Assembly (NCBI RefSeq): GCF_006345805.1
Contig: NW_021836318.1
Coordinates: 1-64,000, forward strand
Origin: Octopus sinensis
Lineage: Eukaryota
Direction of reading: 5' to 3'
Length of the DNA: 64,000 nucleotides
The notes under the pieces were generated by a model, which was not told the origin of the DNA, did no database searches, and saw only the letters and a program-made list of their open reading frames with translations. Positions 1 to 12,511 of this stretch are shown here, one piece after another. The position numbers and the translations under genes are program-made. The first letter of the stretch is position 1. Each line of letters starts with the position of its first letter.

Positions 1-230
1 ATGTGTGTGTGTGTCTGTGTTTGTCCCCCTAGCATTGCTTGACGACCGATGCTGGTGTGTTTACGTCCCCGTCACTTAGCGGTTCGGCAAAAGAGACCGA
101 TAGAATAAGTACTGGGCTTACAAAAGAATAAGTCCCGGGGTCGAGTTGCTCGACTAAAGGCAGTGCTCCAGCATGGCCGCAGTCAACTGACTGAAACAAA
201 TAAAAGAGAAAAAAAGAGTAAAGAGAGTAT
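1..230 (+). mobile_element. SINE family A, 3' half (head lies outside the window)
   Basis: Matches the 3' half of the full copies at 5921-6332 and 15408-15895: tgtccccctagcattgcttgac...ggcagtgctccagcatggccgcagtc...ctgaaac, then an (aaagag)n-like tail. Confidence 0.9.
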
Positions 231-295
231 CATTATTATGTATAATCCTTCTCTTATTAATGCCTGATGCAAAGTTATTGATTTTCAAGTTTCAT

Positions 296-575
296 CATCA
301 TCATTTAGCATCCGTTGTCCATGCTGGCATGGGTTGGACAGCTTGACCAGGGCTGGTAAGCTGAGGGGCTGCACCAGGTTCCAGTCTGATTTGGCATGGT
401 TTTCTACAGCCGGTTGCCCTTCCTTACACCAACCACTCTGAGAGTGTAATAGGTGCTTTTATGTGCCACCAGCATGAGTGCCATTTGTGTGACCCCAATA
501 TCTGCCATGACTGTAGTTTTACTCAGTTTGATGGGTCTTTCTTAAGTGCAGCATTTTGCCAAGGGTCACTTGAGA
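296..575 (-). mobile_element. Old RTE LINE 3'-UTR fragment with (TGA)n tail
   Basis: Plus strand begins catcatcatcatttagcatccgttgtccatgctggcatgggttggac and is collinear with 16425-16620, whose 5' end matches the RTE ORF terminus at 23518-23610. Confidence 0.75.
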
Positions 576-592
576 CATGATTGATGCCAGGA

Positions 593-808
593 CCTATTTC
601 TTTACTACCCACAAGGGGCTAAACACAGAGGACAAACGGATTAAGTCGATGATATCGACCCTAGTGCGTAAATGGTACTTAATGTATCGACCCCGAAAGG
701 ATGAAAGGCAAAGTCGACCTCGGCGGAATTTGAACTCAGAACGTAACGGCAGACGAAATAACGCTAAGCATTTCGCCTGGTGTGCTAACGTTTCTGCCAG
801 GACCACCT
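593..808 (-). mobile_element. SINE family C (tRNA-derived)
   Basis: Reverse complement of the copy at 63436-63664. B-box-like gagttcaaattcc is followed by gccgaggtcgactttgcctttcatcctttcggggtcgat. Confidence 0.85.
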
Positions 809-809
809 G

Positions 810-1060
810 ACTACCCCATGCCGGTGGCACATAAAAAGCACCCTCTACACTCACGGAGTGGTTGGCGTTAGGAAGGGCATCCAGCCATAGAAACTCTGCC
901 AGATCAAACTGGAGCCTGGTGCAGCCTCCTGACTTCCCAGACCCCGGTTGAACCGTCCAATCCTTCTAGCATGTAAAAATCACCATCGAAACATGATTGA
1001 TGCCAGGCCCATCTGACTGGCTCCTGTGCGAGTGGCATGCAAAAAGCACCTGCTACAGCT
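810..1060 (+). mobile_element. RTE LINE 3'-UTR fragments
   Basis: ccggtggcacataaaaagcacc...ggcgttaggaagggcatccagcc...ggagcctggtgcagcc, the same family as 16425-17037. Confidence 0.75.
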
Positions 1061-1380
1061 TGTATGAGGCTTAGCACTTGAAACGTGCTTTTTATGTGTC
1101 CCTGGCACAGTTGCTAGTTCTGCAATAACAGCACCAGTCACATTGCCTCTGTGGGGCCCAACACTGGGAACATGCTTTTTATGTACCAGTTACGTGACAC
1201 CGTCAATGTCCACAACTATGATTTCTCTTGGCTTGATGGTTCTTTGCAAGCATGGCCTATTGCTAAATGTTTTGGTCGCTAGTCATTGGCGCCATGAGGC
1301 CCAGCATTTGAAGACCATGCTTTACCATGTCATTCATCCCATTCCTGTGCAATAACCATAACTGTTTTTAAAGAAAAATA

Positions 1381-1815
1381 CAGGGATTCCTCGACTTGCG
1401 CGAGTAATTGGGGGACGCGCAATTCGAAATTCGCATAGGTCGAGTACCAGATATTGTTTTCTATAAATATTTTCCAGGACAACTTCTAAATATTGTTATA
1501 TTAACCCTTTCGTTACTGTATTTAATCAACCTTCTGGCTTCCCAGACCCCTGTTGAACCGTCCAACCCATGCTAGCATGGAAAGCGGACGCTAAACGATG
1601 ATGATGATGATAACAAGATGACAGACAGGGCAATGCAACCATGGATAATAAATATTTTTACAACAAGCGCGAGTCGAGAATACAACTCGCGCAGCCTGAA
1701 CGTTAGGAACGGCATCCAGCCGTAGAAACGTTGCCAGATCAAACTGGGCCTCAAAGTTGGCTCCCAGCAAGTCGAATTTCGTGCAAGTTGAACTCGCGCA
1801 AGTCGGGGTATCCCT
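1381..1815. mobile_element. pogo/Tigger-like MITE with nested fragments
   Basis: Left TIR cagggattcctcgacttgcgcgagt (1381, preceded by TA) matches the reverse complement of 1792-1815 at 23/25 positions. It contains RTE 3'-UTR pieces (about 1530-1612 and 1700-1750) and a piggyBac-MITE end at 1501. Confidence 0.7.
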
Positions 1816-2036
1816 GTGCTGTGTTTCGGGGGTTTGTTAACATATAGCAGAATGACGTAAAGAAAAAAATAAAACAAAAATGGAACAACTGAAATTGTTG
1901 CAAAACTCAATTTAATTATTTTTTTCTTAACTTTCCTGTTTCTTGTCATTTTTTGTGGAGAGACGAATAAAAGGATCTTCATTTATTTTGCATCCATGCT
2001 TGTTTTATAATTTCATTTCCATTTTAAATTAGCTTA

Positions 2037-2700
<664 letters not shown>

Positions 2701-2940
2701 AAAAGAAGGGATCTGTTGGCTTGCTTGTGAATGTTTTAATGTTTTTTCACTGTTTACTGTAGCTAGTTTAATGTTTTGACATGCTGGTGCCACCCCCCAA
2801 AGATGGAAGAGGCAGCCAACGTGCTGTTTTCTGATTGGATGAAAATTCTGAAACTTTGAACTCCTGTAACACTTTTGCAAAATTTTCTTGGAATAAATAA
2901 GTAACAAATCTGGATTCAGCGTCAAAAACTTTTATACATT

Positions 2941-3366
2941 CTCTTTTACTCTTTACTCTTTACTTGTTTGTTTCAGTCATTTGACTGCGGCCATGCTGGA
3001 GCACCACCTTTTAGTCGAGCAAATCGACCCCGGGACTTATTCTTTGTAAGCCCAGTACTTATTCTATCGTTCTCTTTTGCCGAACCGCTAAGTGACGGCG
3101 ACGTAAACACACCAGCATCGGTCGTCAAGCAATGCTAGGTGACAAACACAGACACACAAACACACACACACACACACATACATATATATATATACATATA
3201 TACGACTGGCTTCTTTCAGTTTCCGTCTACCAAATCCACTCACAAGGCTTTGGTCGGCCCGAGGCTATAGCAGAAGACACTTGCCCAAGGTGCCACGCAG
3301 TGGGACTGAACCCAGAACTATGTGGTTGGTTAGCAAGCTACTTACCACACAGCCACTCCTGCGCCT
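2941..3366 (-). mobile_element. SINE family A, full length
   Basis: On the minus strand: head aggcgcaggagtggctgtgtggtaag (A-box-like), gggttcagtccc (B-box-like), accttgggcaagtgtcttc, internal TA/TG microsatellite, then (gagtaaa)n tail. Confidence 0.92.
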
Positions 3367-3424
3367 TAATATTTTTTTTTTTTTTTTTCGACATGCAGGG
3401 ATGAAAACCACAAAGATCCAAAAG

Positions 3425-3577
3425 ACATGTATATATATGTGTGTGTATGTTCCTGTCTGTGTTTGTCCCCACTCCAACCGGTGTTGGTGTGTTTACGTCC
3501 TCGTAACTTAGCGGTTCGACAAAAGGGCCCAATAGAATAAGTACCAGGCTTACAAAGAATAAGTCCAGGGAGTCGAT
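3425..3577 (+). mobile_element. SINE family A, diverged partial copy
   Basis: gtctgtgtttgtcccc...cttagcggttcgac...tagaataagtaccaggcttacaaagaataagtcc. Confidence 0.75.
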
Positions 3578-3589
3578 GTGGAGGGTACA

Positions 3590-3955
3590 TGTGAAAGGGG
3601 TCACATAGGATGAAGTGGTGAGAAAGGGTCTTCAGATGTTGGGCCTCACAAAAGGGATGACAGGGGTCCAAGACTTCTGGTGGTTTGCAGTGCTTGAGAA
3701 GACACGGGTGAGGCTTCTATGGCCCCCTCTCAGCCAGGAATCTTAGTCCTGCAGGTTCATAGGTGCTGGTGCCATGTAGTAGCACTTGTACTGGTTCCAT
3801 GTAAAAGTGTCTGTGCCACTAACATGTAAAAGCACCCAGTAGAAACCATGTTAAAACAGGCATGGAACCTGGGCAGCCCTTGAGCTGTGCAGCTCCTGTC
3901 AAACCATCAAACGCATGTGGACGTGGAGGATGGACATTAAATGATAATGATGACA
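3590..3955 (+). mobile_element. Old 5'-truncated RTE copy (ORF end plus shortened 3' UTR)
   Basis: ggatgaagtggtgagaaagggtcttcagatgttgggcctcac aligns with 23500-23540. Ends ggacattaaatgataatgatgac. Confidence 0.6.
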
Positions 3956-3974
3956 AAAGCACATGTGCCCGCGT

Positions 3975-4210
3975 AACACACACAAACACACACACATAAA
4001 CACATACATACAAACACATGCACACACACACACACACACAAATATACACACGGACACAAACACACATAAATACACACAAATACATACATACAAACACACA
4101 CAAACACACACAGACACAAACACACATACATACAAACACACACACACGTACACAAATATACACACAGATACAAACACATATAAATACACACAAACACACA
4201 CGCACACACA
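3975..4210. repeat. (CA)n-rich microsatellite
   Basis: Visible directly. Confidence 0.9.
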
Positions 4211-4264
4211 GACCTACACTATTAACCTAAGTGGTCATCTTTGACCTTTTTTCTCCTCCTCTAA

Positions 4265-4515
4265 TCAGGAGACGAGTAACTCTCAGAATCCGTGTAAGCA
4301 TCCTTCAGCACTGCATCCTTCAAAACTTCCATGCTTCCTGAGAGATTCGCCAACACTACACCTGATTTTCTCCCCTCCATACACACGCAAGCATGTATCT
4401 GACTCATACACTGTTCGCTTTCCAGACATTTGTACATTACTGCATATACTTTATACGCACTTTTCAACAAGTTGTGGTGCACCTGAGCACTGTATACAAT
4501 AATTTCATTATATTA
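4265..4515 (+). mobile_element. CR1-type LINE 3'-end fragment
   Basis: cagcactgcatccttcaaaacttccatgcttcctgagagattcgccaacactacacctgattttctcc...gtggtgcacctgagcactgtatacaataatttcatta is the reverse complement of the CR1 3' end at 34810-35420. Confidence 0.85.
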
Positions 4516-4644
4516 TATATAATCCTGTGCAGTTTGATTATAGATAATCCTGTGCAGTTTGATTAAAAATTAAAATGATGTAATTGAGGTTGCATATTGT
4601 CAGTTAATTAATATTAGCACCAGCTGGAGCAGCAGCAAAGTTGT

Positions 4645-5565
<921 letters not shown>

Positions 5566-5830
5566 TTTATCCTTCGAAACGTAGAGTAGATGAAACCTTT
5601 AGCGACTGAAGAAGGGGTTCTTTCGTTGTGTTAATTGTCCTGTACTCCATTTTTTTGTTGTTTTTAAAAAATGTCCAGTTCCTTTGGTTTGTGTCTATGT
5701 TTTCGTTTCTCATTGTGTTCGACGTCCCTTTGGTGTCCTGTACTCATATATGCGTGTATATGTACATGTAGAGGTAGGTACGTACATGTATGTTTATATA
5801 TATATATATGCATGTGCTTTATTTTATTTA

Positions 5831-5881
<51 letters not shown>

Positions 5882-5920
5882 GTATATATAATATATATAT
5901 TTATAAATGTATGTATGTAT

Positions 5921-6332
5921 AGGCACAGAAGTTGCTGTGTGGTAAGTAGCTTGCTAACCAACCACATCGTTCTGGGTTCAGTCCCACTGCGTGGCATCTT
6001 GGGCAAGTGTCTTCTGCTATAGCCACGGGCCGACCAATGCCTTGTGAGTGGATTTGGTAGACAGGAACTGAAAGAAGCCTATCGTATATATGTATATATA
6101 TGTATATGTATGTGTATGTGTTTGTGTGTCTGTGTTTGTCCCCCTAGCATTGCTTGACAACCGATGCTGGTGTGTTTACATCCCCATCAGTTAGCGGTTC
6201 GGCAAAAGGGACCGATAGAATAAGTACTGGGCTTACAAAAGAATAAGTCCCGGGGTCGATTTGCTCGACTGAAGGCGGTGCTCCAGCATGGCCGCAGTCA
6301 AATGACTGAAACATGTAAAAGAGTAAAGAGAG
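5921..6332 (+). mobile_element. SINE family A, full length
   Basis: Head aggcacagaagttgctgtgtggtaagtagc through tail ctgaaacatgtaaaagagtaaagag. Confidence 0.92.
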
Positions 6333-6689
6333 TATGTATGTATGTATTAGAGTCAATAGTGAAGATGACACACACACACACACAGTTATACAGAGGAAGA
6401 CAGGGATGGACAAACAGACAGTTTTATAAGAAGCTATGTAAATAAACCTGTTATTTACAATATGCAAATAAGGTGGACAAATGTTGTTTGGTGGGTTAGG
6501 CAGGTGTGCGGGTGCACGGAGTTGGGGAAAGAAGCGGGTGAAATACAGTTAAGAAGAAGATATTGCGACAACAGATAATGGCACGACACGCCATAACGGA
6601 GGCCCCGGAAGAAGGAAGTGGAAGAGGAGGAGTTGGTGGTGGAGAAGGAGGAGGAGGGAAATGTTTGGGGAAATGTTTTTCTAAAACAT

Positions 6690-6809
6690 TCTGGGTGTGT
6701 GTGTACGTATACATGTGTGTGTGTGTGATTGAGTGTGTGTATGTGTGTGTGTGTGCGTGTGTATGTGTGTATGTGATTGAGTGTGTGTGTGTGTGTATGT
6801 GCTTGTGTG

Positions 6810-6842
<33 letters not shown>

Positions 6843-7260
6843 ATGTGATTGAGTGTGTGTGTGTGTGTATGTGCTTGTGTGTGTGTGTGCGTGTGTGTGC
6901 GTGTGTATGTGATTGAGTGTGTGTGTGTGTGTGTGTGTGCGTGTGTATGTGATTGAGTGTGTGTGTGTGTGTGTGTTTGTGCTTGTGTGTGTGCGTGTTT
7001 GTGTTTGTGTATGTGATTAAGTGTGTGTGTGTGTGTATGTGTGTGTGTATGTGTGTGTGTATGTGTGTGAGTGTGTGTATGATCTTCCCTATTGACTCTG
7101 CCTGAGTATAATGTAGCTACCTTAACATCATTAGCACCACCACCACCACCATCACCAACAATTCCACCACCGCCATCAATACCACTGCCTCCACCACCAC
7201 CACCACCACAAATGACAATGGCAATGACCAAGAACGCCACCACCACCACCACCACCACAT
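6690..7260. repeat. (TG)n higher-order microsatellite followed by a (CAC)n tract
   Basis: Visible directly. Explains the 275-aa HT-repeat pseudo-ORF. Confidence 0.9.
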
Positions 7261-7712
7261 TCTCACCCCCACACCAAGTCACGTTTCATTAAATGTGATC
7301 ATTATTATCAGAACTGCTTCCGATTACCTGAATGAATTCAGGTGACATAACGAAATAGCTGCTCTTTGTTAATCAGTGTTTGTTTTGTTGTTTTCCTTTG
7401 TATTGACGTTTTTTTTTCTTATTATTTTTCTTATTATTATTAGGGTTTGAGGTAAACAAAAAAACTTCCTTCTGAGCCGCATGGTTCTGGGTTCAGTCCC
7501 ACTGTGTGACACCTTGGGCAAGTGTCTTCTGCAATAAGTCTTGGACTGACCAAAGCCTTGTGAGTACACTTGGTAAGATGGAAACTGTAAGAAGCCCATC
7601 GTGTATATATACCCTCCATCTTTCCTTCTTCCCTGAGCGTCCAATAACACTATACTTGTTCCATGTCCTTGCGTTCTTGTGTTTTCTCTTTGTGTTTTCA
7701 TGTTTGGATTAA

Positions 7713-7788
<76 letters not shown>

Positions 7789-7795
7789 TGTATAA

Positions 7796-8200
7796 AGGCG
7801 CAGGAGTGGCTGTGTGATAAGTAGCTTGTTTACCAACCACATGGTTCCAGGTTCAGTCCCACTGCGTGGCACCTTGGGCAAGTGTCTTCTACTATAGCCT
7901 CGGGCCAACCAAAGCCTTGTGAATGGATTTGGTAGATGGAAACTGAAAGAAACCCGTCGTATATATGTATATATATATGCATGTGTGTGTTTGTGTGTCT
8001 GTGTTTGTCCCCCTAGCATTGCTTGACAACCGATACTGGTGTGTTTATGTCCCCGTCATCTAGCGGTTCGGCAAAAGAGACCGATAGAATAAGTACTGGG
8101 CTTACAATGAATAAGTCCTGGGGTTCAGTTGCTCGATTAAAGGCGGTGCTCCAGCATGGCCGCAGTCAAATGACTGAAACAAGTAAAAGAGTAAAAGAGT
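7796..8200 (+). mobile_element. SINE family A, full length (a head-only copy lies at about 7470-7610)
   Basis: aggcgcaggagtggctgtgtg...ctgaaacaagtaaaagagtaaaagag. Confidence 0.92.
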
Positions 8201-8304
8201 ATATATATTATCATATTTGTTAGGGAATAAAAATTCTGGCCACAGGGGTTCAAGTTATTCTCAATAAGGAAATGTATATATTTTTTTTAAACATAGATAT
8301 ACTT

Positions 8305-8526
8305 ATATCTCTTTCTCTCTCTTTTCTCTTTTTCTTGTTTCAGTCATTTGACTGTGGCCATGCTGGAGCACCGCCTTTAGTCGAGCAAATCGATCCCGGG
8401 ACTTATTCTTTGTAAGCCCAGTACTTATTCTATCGGTCTCTTTTGCCGAACCGCTAGGTGACAGGGACGTAAACACACCAGCATCAGTTGTCAAGCAATG
8501 CTAGGGGGACAAACACAGACACACAA

Positions 8527-8575
<49 letters not shown>

Positions 8576-8672
8576 TAAGACAGGCTTCTTTCAGTTTCCA
8601 TCTACCAAATCCACTCACAAGGCATTGGTCGGCCCGGGGCTATAGCAGAAGACACTTGCCCAAGATGCCACG
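8305..8672 (-). mobile_element. SINE family A, head-truncated, fused to an RTE 3'-UTR piece (8673-8860)
   Basis: Reverse-complement SINE-A up to cacttgcccaagatgccacgca, then cccttcctaacgccaaccactcc...ggtgctttttacgtgccaccggca. Confidence 0.85.
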
Positions 8673-8857
8673 CACCAGGCCCTTCCTAACGCCAACCACT
8701 CCGCGAGTGTAGTGGGTGCTTTTTACGTGCCACCGGCACAGGTGCCAGGGGTGTCTGGCATCGGCCACGATCGGTTGCTGCTTTTAACATGCCAGCGGCA
8801 CGGAAGCCAGCCAAGGCATCGGCCACGTTCGGATGGTGCTTTTTATGTGCCACCGGC

Positions 8858-8914
<57 letters not shown>

Positions 8915-9479
8915 AATTGAGATAGGGGTTGTAAATGCAACCCACCATGGGATACCATATGGCTAATATGAGTTGAATGAGACATGCATATCTACATGGC
9001 TGAAACAGCTGTAAGATATAGTCTATATTTATATTTATGTGTACTTATATTTATGTTCTATTATACGTATTCTACTTATTGTATAACATTACTATTTTAT
9101 GTACACTCCTTCATGTACACTGTTTTACCCTGCATTATTATGTTTAGCCTTATAGTTTCTTATGTAGTGGTTTAATAAAGTATGTGATTGAGTATTATCT
9201 GGTAATTGATATTTGATTTCGATGTATTTCTCCATTTTCTTATTTTGTAGTATATATATGAATATAAACAAAGGGTAATAATATGGATTACTACCAGTGG
9301 CCCAGCACAAACGACGAATTAGTCATTAGACAAAATATTATTCATATAGAAATATAATTAAAGGCTCCTAAATAAGGATGTCAAGTGACCCTAGCACTTG
9401 GCATCCTTATTTAGGAGCCCTTAATTATATGTCTATATTTATATATTTATATATATGATTCAAGTTGATATTAGAGTCA

Positions 9480-9742
9480 CCCTCAAGTATAAGATGCACC
9501 AAGGTATAAGTTGCATTTGAGTATAAGCCACACTTGAGTATAATTTGTCACTGGAGTACAATTTGCACCTGAGTATAAGTCACACTGGAGTATAAGTCTC
9601 ACTGGAGTATGTCTCACTGGAGTATAAGTCGCTCTGGAGTATAAGTCACACTGGAGTATAAGTCGCTCTGGAGTATAAGTCACACTGGAGTATAAGTCGC
9701 TCTGGAGTATAAGTCTCACTGGAGTATAAGTCGCTCTGGAGT
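9480..9742. repeat. 17-bp minisatellite (gagtataagtcacactg / gagtataagtcgctctg); second copy at about 12535-12812
   Basis: About 15 tandem units, most diverged at the left end. Confidence 0.9.
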
Positions 9743-10199
9743 TTAAAAGTGTTTAATTACGTGGAAATTATTTTAAAAAACTGCTGTTCAAACCGAAAAG
9801 ATCTTAAACCTAATCTGTTTCTTAAATGAGGGACATATTCATATGGCACAGAATGTTTTTTTTCCCTCAATAGACGTCATTGATTGGTTGAAATTGCAGA
9901 AATTGAAGAAAAAAACCCAGCAAATATCTTACAAACTATAGAATTTTCTCAATAAAGCCAAGAGAAAAAGATGTTTTATAAACACATTCTACCAGTATAC
10001 GAAGTTCAAAAGTGTTTAGTTACGTGGAAATTATTTTAAAAAACTGCCGTTCAAACCGAAAAGATCCCATTGTTAGGTTTGTGTGTGTGAGTGCGTATTA
10101 TTAATTCATTCATGTCTCTTCTGATTTTGTGTACATATACACACATAAATATGTGTGTGTGTACACGTGCACCCTTCTGTTTTGCGTGCCCTAGACATT

Positions 10200-10655
10200 C
10201 AAAAAACCGTTGCAAGATAAATGGCTCTCAATTTCACGCTACAAATATGCGTTTACACATATATTTGTGAGTAAATTGCATATTTGCGTGCAATCGTGGT
10301 CTTTTTTCCCTCTCAAAAATGCTTTTCAACAATGCAGGAATGACACGTGTTAAACTTGGTGTAAATATTTAAGGTTAATTCAAGAAATTCCCACAGCCGT
10401 GGTTGATCTTCACACAAAGGAAAAAAAAAAAACCATACAAAGAAACGATTTTCATTTGCATAAAGAAAAAAAAACAAAATAATGTCACTAGAAACGTTGA
10501 GTCGCTAATACTACTTAAGATGTTGTTATTCCTATTGTTGGAGTAGAAGTAGTTGTTGTTGTTTTTGGTGGTGGTGGTGGTGGTGGTGATGGTGGTTGTG
10601 GTGGTCATACTTTGAGGTAAACAATACTACCACTGATGGCGGTGTTTTATTCAGA

Positions 10656-10686
<31 letters not shown>

Positions 10687-10706
10687 GTTCTTCTTCTTTC
10701 TTTCCT

Positions 10707-10743
<37 letters not shown>

Positions 10744-11375
10744 TTCTTCTTTCTTTCTCCTTCTCCTTCCCCTTCTCCTTTCTTCTCCTTTCTTTCTTTC
10801 TTCTCATTCTTCCTCTTCTTCTCCTCCTTCTCCTTTCTTCTTCTTCCTCTTCTTCTTCTTCTCCTTCTCCTTCCCCTCCTCCTCCCCCTTCCTCTTCTTG
10901 AGTGGGAGACCAGCGCATGCCGCATGCCGTCAAAGTTATTGTCGTTGTCACATGTATGACCAGGTGAGCCGACTGACCGACCGACGGCCAAGTTCCAACG
11001 TGAAGATCACTCAACTGTATTTCTCTTGGAAAGGAAGGGCAGACACGTTTTCTGACACTGGTTTTCTGGCAATAATAAAAGAAAGCATAATGCAGACACA
11101 TTTGTGAGGACTGCCGACGGGGCTTCCCCACCCCCGTCTCTGCCTCTCAGTAACGTTGCCAGGTGCTCCCCAAAGGGAGGATTTCCGTCTTGTATATTTG
11201 TTAAAAGTTGGGTAAATATAGTGAGTATGGCCGAGGTTAATTTAGTCTGGTCTGAATATGGGATTGTAGGACAGAGATAAGGGCAAAGGGAAGACCCTTG
11301 CTATTGACAGTCTAAGTTATCTGAGATATCTGTAGGGGTCCCTTTTGGGGCCTATGGTAGATGTCCTCCTTAGAG
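10200..11375 (+). repeat. Unclassified long interspersed repeat (blocks D+G) with internal GGT/CTA/CTT microsatellites
   Basis: Shared blocks aaatatttaaggttaatt..cccacag, ccaacgtgaagatcact..actgtat and gttgggtaaatat.gtgagtatggcc..ggacagagataag recur in the same order at 13260-14435 (+), 36760-37850 (+) and 18560-19660 (-). Confidence 0.7.
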
Positions 11376-11379
11376 TGAC

Positions 11380-11799
11380 TCTCTTTACTCTTTACTCTTT
11401 TACTTGTTTCAGTCATTTGACTGCGGCCATGCTGGAGCACCACCTTTAGTCGAGCAACTCGACCCCGGGACTTATTCTTTTGTAAGCCCAGTACTTATTC
11501 TATCGTTCTCTTTTGCCGAACCGCTAGGTAACGGGGACATAAAAACACACCAGCATCGGTTGTTACGCAATGCTAGGGGGACAAACACAGACACGCAAAC
11601 ACACACACACACATATATATATATATACATATATATGACGGGCTTCTTTCAGTTTCCGTCTACCAAATCCACTCACAAGGCTTTGGTCGGCCCGAGGCTA
11701 TAGTAGAAGACACTTGCCCAAGGTGCCATGCAGTGAGACTGAACCCGGAACCATGTGGTTGGTAAACAAGCTACTTACCACACAGCCATTCCTGCGCCT
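11380..11799 (-). mobile_element. SINE family A, full length
   Basis: Tail ctctttactctttactcttttacttgtttcagtc through head cagccattcctgcgcct. Confidence 0.92.
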
Positions 11800-11963
11800 G
11801 TTAATATTTATGTTGCAAATACCAGATTAATGATGGCAGTTACTTTGATTGATTCTTCATCCTTTTCAAAAATTAATTGAAACAAAAGCAGAATGTTTCA
11901 ACAGGAATATGGTAAGGAAACGGTTAACAAATGTTGAGCAAGACAAGTGACATGGAAATGCTA

Positions 11964-12192
11964 TTAACCCTTTCATTACTGTATTTCTGTTGAGATGCTC
12001 TGTGTTTCTTTCAATTACTTTAAATATAACAAAGAATTTAGTAAAATAACTTAGTTATCATTCAGCAAGTGTTAGGAATATAAATTGTGACTAAGGTTTG
12101 GTGGAAGATTTTAATTCAAAACTTATGAAAACAAGACATTTGTACTACAGAGCCAGGGGCAGTTTGAGCCGAGTTGGTATTAAAAGGGTTAA
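11964..12192. mobile_element. piggyBac-type MITE, copy 1
   Basis: TTAA|CCCTTTCATTAC...GTATTAAAAGGG|TTAA. Confidence 0.85.
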
Positions 12193-12208
12193 AAATATTA
12201 TGGTGACA

Positions 12209-12436
12209 TTAACCCTTTCGTTACTGTATTTCTGTTGAGATGCTCCGTGTTTCTTTCAATTACTTTAAATATAACAAAGAATTTAGTAAAATAACTTAAT
12301 TATCATTAAGCTAGTGTTGGGAACATAAATTGTGACTAAGATTTGGTGGAAGATTTTAATTCAAAACTTATGAAAACAAGACATTTGTACTCAGAGCCAG
12401 AGCCGGTTTCAGCCGGGTTGGTAACGAAAGGGTTAA
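12209..12436. mobile_element. piggyBac-type MITE, copy 2
   Basis: TTAA|CCCTTTCGTTAC...GTAACGAAAGGG|TTAA with perfect 12-bp TIRs. Same family as copy 1. Confidence 0.9.
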
Positions 12437-12511
12437 GGGAACCCATTGAATGTGGAGAATGCATGGGATAAACAGGGACCACCTCATGCTGACCCTACAA
12501 GCAGAACAACA

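Larger units (their letters stand above)
9458..11605 (+). repeat. Local 2.1-kb duplication, copy 1 (copy 2 at 12512-14664)
   Basis: Near-identical from attcaagttgatattagagtcaccctc to the SINE-A microsatellite, offset about 3.05 kb. Differences are mainly microsatellite lengths. Confidence 0.95.

Noticed and set aside
575-1007. 17-bp direct repeat acatgattgatgccagg as a TSD of a composite element
   Set aside because: Better explained as two RTE 3'-UTR subunits, one interrupted by SINE-C.
2941-3366. tRNA genes
   Set aside because: A/B-box-like motifs belong to SINE heads, and none folds into a full cloverleaf.
5568-5615. Permuted hammerhead-like halves (ccttcgaaacg ... ctgaagaagggg)
   Set aside because: No stem I can be formed between the halves. 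Probably a PLE-like repeat remnant but not supportable as a ribozyme.
8488-8712. Recurring short ORFs [10 protein letters not shown]..., [11 protein letters not shown]..., [11 protein letters not shown]...
   Set aside because: Antisense translations of SINE-A. Recurrence reflects SINE copy number, not a gene family.
10532-11131. E/R/K-rich ORFs (also 13705-14193, 43799-44158)
   Set aside because: Translations of CTT/CTTT/ATT microsatellites.
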